In this document: piece by piece, positions 58,253 to 64,000 of the stretch
Numbering within the stretch: the stretch's first letter is position 1
How the letters are laid out: each line of letters begins with the position of its first letter
Assembly: GCA_963733095.1 (NCBI GenBank)
Contig: CAVTBV010000014.1
Location: 100,599-164,598 of the forward strand
Length of the DNA stretch: 64,000 bases
Direction of reading: 5' to 3'
Source of the DNA: Candidatus Bathyarchaeota archaeon
GTDB lineage: Archaea > Thermoproteota > Bathyarchaeia > Bathyarchaeales > Bathycorpusculaceae
Made by a program: the position numbers and the translations under genes
The notes under the pieces: model-generated
Told to the model about the DNA's origin: nothing
Seen by the model: only the letters and a program-made list of their open reading frames with translations
Databases searched by the model: none

Positions 58253-60802
58253 TTATGGTCGCTTCTTTACTGTGAGAAGTATTAGAGCACCAACTATAGC
58301 GATTGCAGTAATGATAGCTGCAGTGGCTCCTGTTATGTACATTTCAGTTGGAGGAGGTTGCACAGTTTCTGCGTTCGGTGATGGCGTTGGTGCGTCTTCA
58401 ACAACGAAAGCGGTTTCTGCTGATGAGCTATAGTAAGATGTGGATCCTGGGAACGTGGCGATGAGGGTGTATTCTCCTGGAACTTCCGGCGCAAAGGTCA
58501 TGTGGTAGTTGCCGTTTGCGTCAGAGGTAGCTGTACCAACTTGGTATGCATTGTTGTTTGGATCAATCACGCTTAAGATGATGTCAACACCTGTGGCATT
58601 TGTGGGTCGTGGCTGTTGCATGTACACGTACTCCATCCAAGCTTCTTGGCTTTCTTCTGAGACAACTGGAACTCCAGCTGGAAAACGTGCAATCCTGTCT
58701 GAATTCTTTGTGCCTGGAGATTGGTCTGTAACGGTGCCTTCTGCTAGTACTTTTGTGCCATCTATTGAGAATTTGTTGGCGACTGAGACTGTTGTGGCGG
58801 TTTGACCCTGCCCAAATACATCTAGTTGTTTATCGTAGCTATTCCACTGAACCATCATACCATCTGCAATAGCACCCGGTGCACGTCCACTGAAGCTTTC
58901 TATTTTCCACACTAATTCTCCAGTAGTACAGTTTATGGCGAGACGATGGTATCCTGGACTCATTGGAGGATCGTACATTCGACTCTCTGAGAGGAATAAC
59001 ATTCCGTCGCCCATACTTTGCGACCCAAAGTGCCAAATTGGCCATATGCCGTAGGGGTTATCGTATCCAGCGCTTCCACGTGTAAATACCCAGTTAATCT
59101 TGCCTGTTTGAAGATCAAGAGCATGTACAAAGCCGCCGAAGTCCCAAATGTAAACTTGGCCATAAGCTATTTCTGCTCCTCTTGAAAGATAGCTGAAAGC
59201 GTTTCCGCTAAGCTTTACTGGGCCCCAAATCTGCAGTCCACTGTTAAGAGAGTAGCCATATGCTTCATTGGTGTCTTTGTTGTGTAGGATAAAGACGTTC
59301 TCTCCTGATGCAACCATGGTGACATCTTGATACTGCGGTATTGATTGGTTTAGTGGACCCCATAGTAATGCACCTGTTTTTATGTTGATGCCTGCAGTGA
59401 CCTGGTAGCCTGAAGATGTGTAGGCAATTGCTGTAGGTGCAGAACGCAGAAGTATTACGCCTTCGCCAGTTGCTTTATCAGAAACGGAAATTGTACCAAT
59501 GGAGGTGGGTGTTCCAGCGGGGTATGTATTAGCTATGTTGATTGACCATTCAATTCCGCTAGTCCAGTTTCTCTGTCCAGATGCACCATTTGTGAAGAGT
59601 TTTGATGAGTTCCAGCAGACAAGTTCGGTTGAACTCCCAGAGCCGCTAGTGTAATAGCGTAATATGCTTCCTAAGGTATTGTAATCCCAAGAATCCACTA
59701 TGCCTGATCTGGTGCCTAGCATGGGTGCTGCGGGTGCGTTAGTAACATTTGCCATGTGATCTCCAGTGAATGCGTCATACACATAGAGCATTCCTCCAGA
59801 GCCAGAGGACCAGAAAGTTGCAAAGGAACCGTATTCCTGAATTGTATGGAATTTCTGTATTTGACCCCAGATAATGTCTTCGTTGTTTGTAATTCCGCGT
59901 TGTTTTTCCCACAGTAATTCACCTGTTTTTAAGTCTATAGCTTTCCATACCAATGGATTGTCGATGCCTGAAGGGTTATTTGCGGCACGAAATTCTTGGA
60001 ATATAAGCACTCCAGAGACAATAATTGGGTTGAAGTGGTTCTTTAGTATGGAGCTTGAGGTAAACTGACTTTCTTGATCAGATGTGATTTCGCCGCCTGG
60101 TTGCCCACCAAACGTTGTTGGCATGGTCCAGAGTATGTGTGCGCTTCTTGGGGCTTGACCGTATGGTTGGACGTTTCCTTGAGCATCGTAGCCTCCAGTT
60201 TGGCTAAACGAGGGTCCGCCTAGTCCCCACCAGTTCGAGCCAAGTTGTGCACCCCAATCAAAGTTTGTTGAGTATATTGGTCGAGACCAGTATTCAGTGG
60301 GTAGTGGATTTTGGGCAGTTGTCGGTATTGGCTCTTGCTGTACGGTGAATGTTACAATTGTGCTTTCTGATCCGAGGTATTTGTTGGTTGTTGTGATGTT
60401 TTGTCCTGGGTAAAACGCCTGTACAGTGTAGTTGCCTGTTAGGGTTGGATAGTAAGTCATGAATATTCCTCCTGTAGCGTCAGCTTGTTTTGGTCCCTCA
60501 GTTTGTTTAGTTCCATCGGGGCTTGTAATTACTATCGACAGATCTTCAAATCGAGTTCCTGCAGTGCCCATGCTCGCTCCTTGATTTGGTTTAGTCATGA
60601 ATGCGTTAATGTAGACGGGTTGACCTACGCCCACAGGATCTGGGGTGGCGCTAGCTATTATCCAAGTGGGAAAGTCTATTGCGTTAGCAGTTGGGGTAAA
60701 TGCCATCAATGTACCTGTGGCAAACATGCAAATCAAGATGAGTGTAATCGCGGTTTTTGAGCATAATTTTCTTTTTGTTTTTAGCATTTTTCTTTTCTCC
60801 AT
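58253..60802 (-). CDS. large cell-surface PQQ-like beta-propeller protein, paralog 3
   Basis: PDPVGVGQ, LPTEYWSRP, WMEYVYMQQP, TM+KKRP. Confidence 0.85.
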   Translation of the reverse strand: MEKRKMLKTKRKLCSKTAITLILICMFATGTLMAFTPTANAIDFPTWIIASATPDPVGVGQPVYINAFMTKPNQGASMGTAGTRFEDLSIVITSPDGTKQTEGPKQADATGGIFMTYYPTLTGNYTVQAFYPGQNITTTNKYLGSESTIVTFTVQQEPIPTTAQNPLPTEYWSRPIYSTNFDWGAQLGSNWWGLGGPSFSQTGGYDAQGNVQPYGQAPRSAHILWTMPTTFGGQPGGEITSDQESQFTSSSILKNHFNPIIVSGVLIFQEFRAANNPSGIDNPLVWKAIDLKTGELLWEKQRGITNNEDIIWGQIQKFHTIQEYGSFATFWSSGSGGMLYVYDAFTGDHMANVTNAPAAPMLGTRSGIVDSWDYNTLGSILRYYTSGSGSSTELVCWNSSKLFTNGASGQRNWTSGIEWSINIANTYPAGTPTSIGTISVSDKATGEGVILLRSAPTAIAYTSSGYQVTAGINIKTGALLWGPLNQSIPQYQDVTMVASGENVFILHNKDTNEAYGYSLNSGLQIWGPVKLSGNAFSYLSRGAEIAYGQVYIWDFGGFVHALDLQTGKINWVFTRGSAGYDNPYGIWPIWHFGSQSMGDGMLFLSESRMYDPPMSPGYHRLAINCTTGELVWKIESFSGRAPGAIADGMMVQWNSYDKQLDVFGQGQTATTVSVANKFSIDGTKVLAEGTVTDQSPGTKNSDRIARFPAGVPVVSEESQEAWMEYVYMQQPRPTNATGVDIILSVIDPNNNAYQVGTATSDANGNYHMTFAPEVPGEYTLIATFPGSTSYYSSSAETAFVVEDAPTPSPNAETVQPPPTEMYITGATAAIITAIAIVGALILLTVKKRP

Positions 60803-61711
60803 TCATTTTTTATTGAACGAAACAGAGTTTACACAATGTTGTTGTCCAATGGCTCAAGTATGCGTTGTGTTGACTTATATGACTGATTGGCAAGTAGGTG
60901 CTGACAACAAAAAATGATAATTAATTTTTTTAATATGATGAAAATTTTGTGATTTTTTGGATAGAAATCTAAGTTTGTGAGAATATTGAAGTGGGTTTCT
61001 AGAACATTTTATTCCTGACTTACACAACTTGCTGTAAGTCTAAATCCAGTTCGTTGTGTACCAAGAGTTTCAATAATGTAGATAAGTCAAGTGAAAATTC
61101 CTGAGAGTTTGAGGAGCGATTCGTTTCCTTGTACCATTTAGAAAAGGGAAAGGGTACATAGTGTCTTCTGTTAGTGATGTACATTCTTAGCGTTTGGCTT
61201 GCTTCTGTGATTCCGAGAATAGCCGCTCAAGTTTAATGAGTTCAAAAATGTAAAATTTCGCGCTCTGATGTACTTTCGTGCAGTTATTTTTTATAGAACT
61301 CTGACGGATTTTCCCGTTCATGCGGTTCTAACTTTTTGCCATGTTTTTTCTTCACTTAATCAATCTTCAACTTATCAAGGTCGAACCCTAAGGCAAACCC
61401 CAATCCCTACGCATATGGATTTTACCTGCATCCAACGAAGCATCAGGACAATAGTTCACAAGGTTTCCCAAGTTTGCGGTTATGTCGGTTTCGAAATAGT
61501 AGAGTGCGTCTTGCTGCTGGGAATTTAGATTATCAAAAAGGTTAGCCATCCATTAACACCCAAGGACCGGTTGATTATCACACAAGTTATTGGGCGGTTG
61601 GACACAAATTGCTGCGGAAGGGTCGTCGATGAAAGATTACCGTTAGCCGTTTCTTTGTTAGAGAATTTTTATAATTGGCGCTGACATATTTAGCAAAAAA
61701 GGGATGGGCGC

Positions 61712-62005
61712 TTACTTTCGGCTAAGTTCAATTGTTTCTATTGTATGAAATGTATTGCCTGAAATGTCTTTTTTCTCTCGCTTATATCCCTTGACTGTAA
61801 CCAAATCGTTTATGCTAGGCGTGTAATCGCCCCAAGAGCGGGGCATGGTTTGCAGGTGGTCATTTACTGTGAGGTAGTAGCGAACGTTGTTTGCAATAAC
61901 TGCGTATGCCAACCCTGGCAAGCACGGTACCGTTGTACATGGGTTTTCGATGATACGGTAATAGCCTGTGATTGATTCGATTTCTTTATTCCCTATTGTC
62001 ATCAA
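61712..62005 (-). CDS. small beta-rich protein with CTTVPC loop
   Basis: 97-aa ORF downstream of the C25 peptidase; OB-fold-like ..VTVKG.. Confidence 0.65.
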   Translation of the reverse strand: MMTIGNKEIESITGYYRIIENPCTTVPCLPGLAYAVIANNVRYYLTVNDHLQTMPRSWGDYTPSINDLVTVKGYKREKKDISGNTFHTIETIELSRK

Positions 62006-62069
62006 AAGTTGCCTTCATTTTATATAAAAGAAAAAGGGGGTATTATAGTCCAGTCGGTTGCTTTAGTGG

Positions 62070-63668
62070 TTAAACTTTGAATTGGAAGTAGCGCCAATCA
62101 CTCCAAGGGCAGACAACGCTTCCAACTTTTGCTCTTACTCGCCAACGACCCCTTTGCATACCTACAAACATGTGTTCATAGTTGGTTGCGCTGAACGTTC
62201 CTGAAACAAGGAAAGTTTTGCCTGATTCAGCAGCCCATTGACCAGCAACGACAGCATGAAATGCGTCAATTTCAACTTGGTAAGACACGCCTACATTCAA
62301 AAGGTTTACTGGATTCCAACGCAGGTTCATCATACGCGGATAGTGGTCGAAGACGTCGCCCTCTGGGGGGTCAATTTGTGTTGGAACAGCGCCGCTCCAC
62401 CAGTTTATGGTTGGGTCACCTAGAAGTGTTAGACCATAATACCATTGCCGCATGCCAAGGTCATGTGTTGTGCCTAATGCTTTCCACCAGGCAACATAGG
62501 CTTCGCCGATGGTTTTCCCAGTTGCCATAGAACCATAGAAATTCTCGAAAATCTGCATTGAACCTGACTTGGTGCTTCCTATGGCTGCAAGCCCGTTACA
62601 GATTGAGCCTCCACTTTTATCGAAAATATACCAGCCTGCCATGTAGTCGGATTGCGTGAACAAAGCATTGCTACAAGCGAACAAGTTGTAGAAGAAGGCG
62701 TTGGGTGGATTAACATCACGTAAGTAGGTGTTTTGCACATATTCCGTTGATGCGTTTGGAATTAAGAAACTATGGAGCCAAGGGTTAGAGTGTGAGCAAA
62801 CTTGAGCCCAAGCACGGTACTGGTTGATTTCGCCTTTGTATCTGCTCACATTAGTCTGCGCCGGGTCTGTTATTGTCTCGACGTTGGCAGATGGAAACAT
62901 GTAATCAAATGCGCAGTCACCAAATCCCTGCCAAGGGTCATCTACGAAAGCAAGAGCAGTGTTTATGCAGCCTAAGAGGCCTTTTCTGTATTTATGGTTG
63001 CGGTTAAAGTAATCGTTGATTAAAGCTGCGTCATTGCCGTTAGAAGTGGGAGTGTAGAGACGTCCTACCCAGATTTCGGGTTGTACGTTTGTGGGGTGCT
63101 CGCTGAATTTGCCATCGTTGTCAGGGTCATTCCAGACGCCGTTAAGGTCCATATAGTATAGGTCGCATGGGAACTCTGCTGGGCCGTGAAAGTCATCTGC
63201 CATCTCGAACCATGCAACTGGTAAGTTGCCAATCATGAGGGCGCCTGCAATTGGCTGTTTGCCTATGATGAAATTGCGTAGTTCAGCTGGGGAGCCATTG
63301 CTAACAAGATATACAGTTACAAAATATCCTTCGTAGGCGACATCTTTGATATATTGGTCGATTGCGCCTTTTATTTGTGGGTAAAGGGCACTGTTGATTA
63401 TGACAAGCATTTTTCCTTTGGAAAAATTGATTGCCGAGTAGTTTTGCAGATATCGCAGGTCTGTCGAAAATATGGGTCTGGCCTGCTCTTGGATTGATAT
63501 TGGCGCTGGTGGAACAATTGCGCGGTATTGAGCGAACGTCTGGGGTGGCTGTTTCTCTTTGTTGACGTATTCTAAGTTGTGAACTTTGGTGTAGTCAATT
63601 TTTAATGGACGAAGTTGCCTAACCTTTTCTATATTTATTTTAGAATAATTTTCGGACATAAAATACAC
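62070..63668 (-). CDS. peptidase C25 (gingipain-like) cysteine protease with C-terminal Fn3-like domain
   Basis: GALMIG.LP, D.YYMDL.G.W, PEIWVGR, CSHS / LFACS catalytic dyad region, TIGEA, LLGDP. Confidence 0.85.
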   Translation of the reverse strand: MYFMSENYSKINIEKVRQLRPLKIDYTKVHNLEYVNKEKQPPQTFAQYRAIVPPAPISIQEQARPIFSTDLRYLQNYSAINFSKGKMLVIINSALYPQIKGAIDQYIKDVAYEGYFVTVYLVSNGSPAELRNFIIGKQPIAGALMIGNLPVAWFEMADDFHGPAEFPCDLYYMDLNGVWNDPDNDGKFSEHPTNVQPEIWVGRLYTPTSNGNDAALINDYFNRNHKYRKGLLGCINTALAFVDDPWQGFGDCAFDYMFPSANVETITDPAQTNVSRYKGEINQYRAWAQVCSHSNPWLHSFLIPNASTEYVQNTYLRDVNPPNAFFYNLFACSNALFTQSDYMAGWYIFDKSGGSICNGLAAIGSTKSGSMQIFENFYGSMATGKTIGEAYVAWWKALGTTHDLGMRQWYYGLTLLGDPTINWWSGAVPTQIDPPEGDVFDHYPRMMNLRWNPVNLLNVGVSYQVEIDAFHAVVAGQWAAESGKTFLVSGTFSATNYEHMFVGMQRGRWRVRAKVGSVVCPWSDWRYFQFKV

Positions 63669-64000
63669 TTCAATCCTTCAAGTCTTAAATCATGCGTTTG
63701 CGCATAATAACGTTGCCAACTACTATGTGGAAAAATGAAAGAATTAAAGCTAAAGTCTTATGTTCAAACATGTAGCAAAAAGAGCAAATTCTCAGATTAT
63801 ATGACTGAGGTACTAGTTATTTAGCCATAGTTGTGTTTCGGTCTCCAAACATACGGCTCCACTGATCTAATATTTTGAGTTCTTCTTAAGTAGACTGCTA
63901 TAATTGGGAGGGTCCAATAAATCTTGGAGGTAACGTCCTGCCGCTGTTATCCTATTTTGATTACGTCCAGGATGTTGTTTAGTTTTTCAACCGCCCATTT

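Overview
Archaeal chromosomal window, most likely Ca. Bathyarchaeia. This is inferred from archaeal-type pantoate kinase/PPAT, GGAGGTGA-type ribosome-binding sites, frequent TTG starts, T-tract terminators, PEF-CTERM-like sorting signals and three paralogous ~850-950 aa beta-propeller surface proteins ending in TM+RKRP. The left half (1-32.5 kb) is gene-dense. It holds HtrA, NfeD/stomatin, a core MetE-like protein, a CoA operon, MrfAB-like repair genes, a beta-CASP nuclease, GH15, MPG and Hcp. It also holds a four-gene locus (8.6-16.2 kb) encoding an intact FtsZ/tubulin-superfamily GTPase with a very long helical insertion, a second degenerate tubulin-like protein and two membrane proteins. 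The right half (32.6-64 kb) is an accessory region of surface proteins, small single genes, pseudogenes and duplicated gene 3'-fragments. It is punctuated by seven same-orientation copies of a 38/63-bp palindromic intergenic element that resembles a tyrosine-recombinase (dif/attC-like) site. No rRNA, tRNA, CRISPR array, transposase or integrase was recognised. All family calls come from motif recognition by eye, not from database searches.
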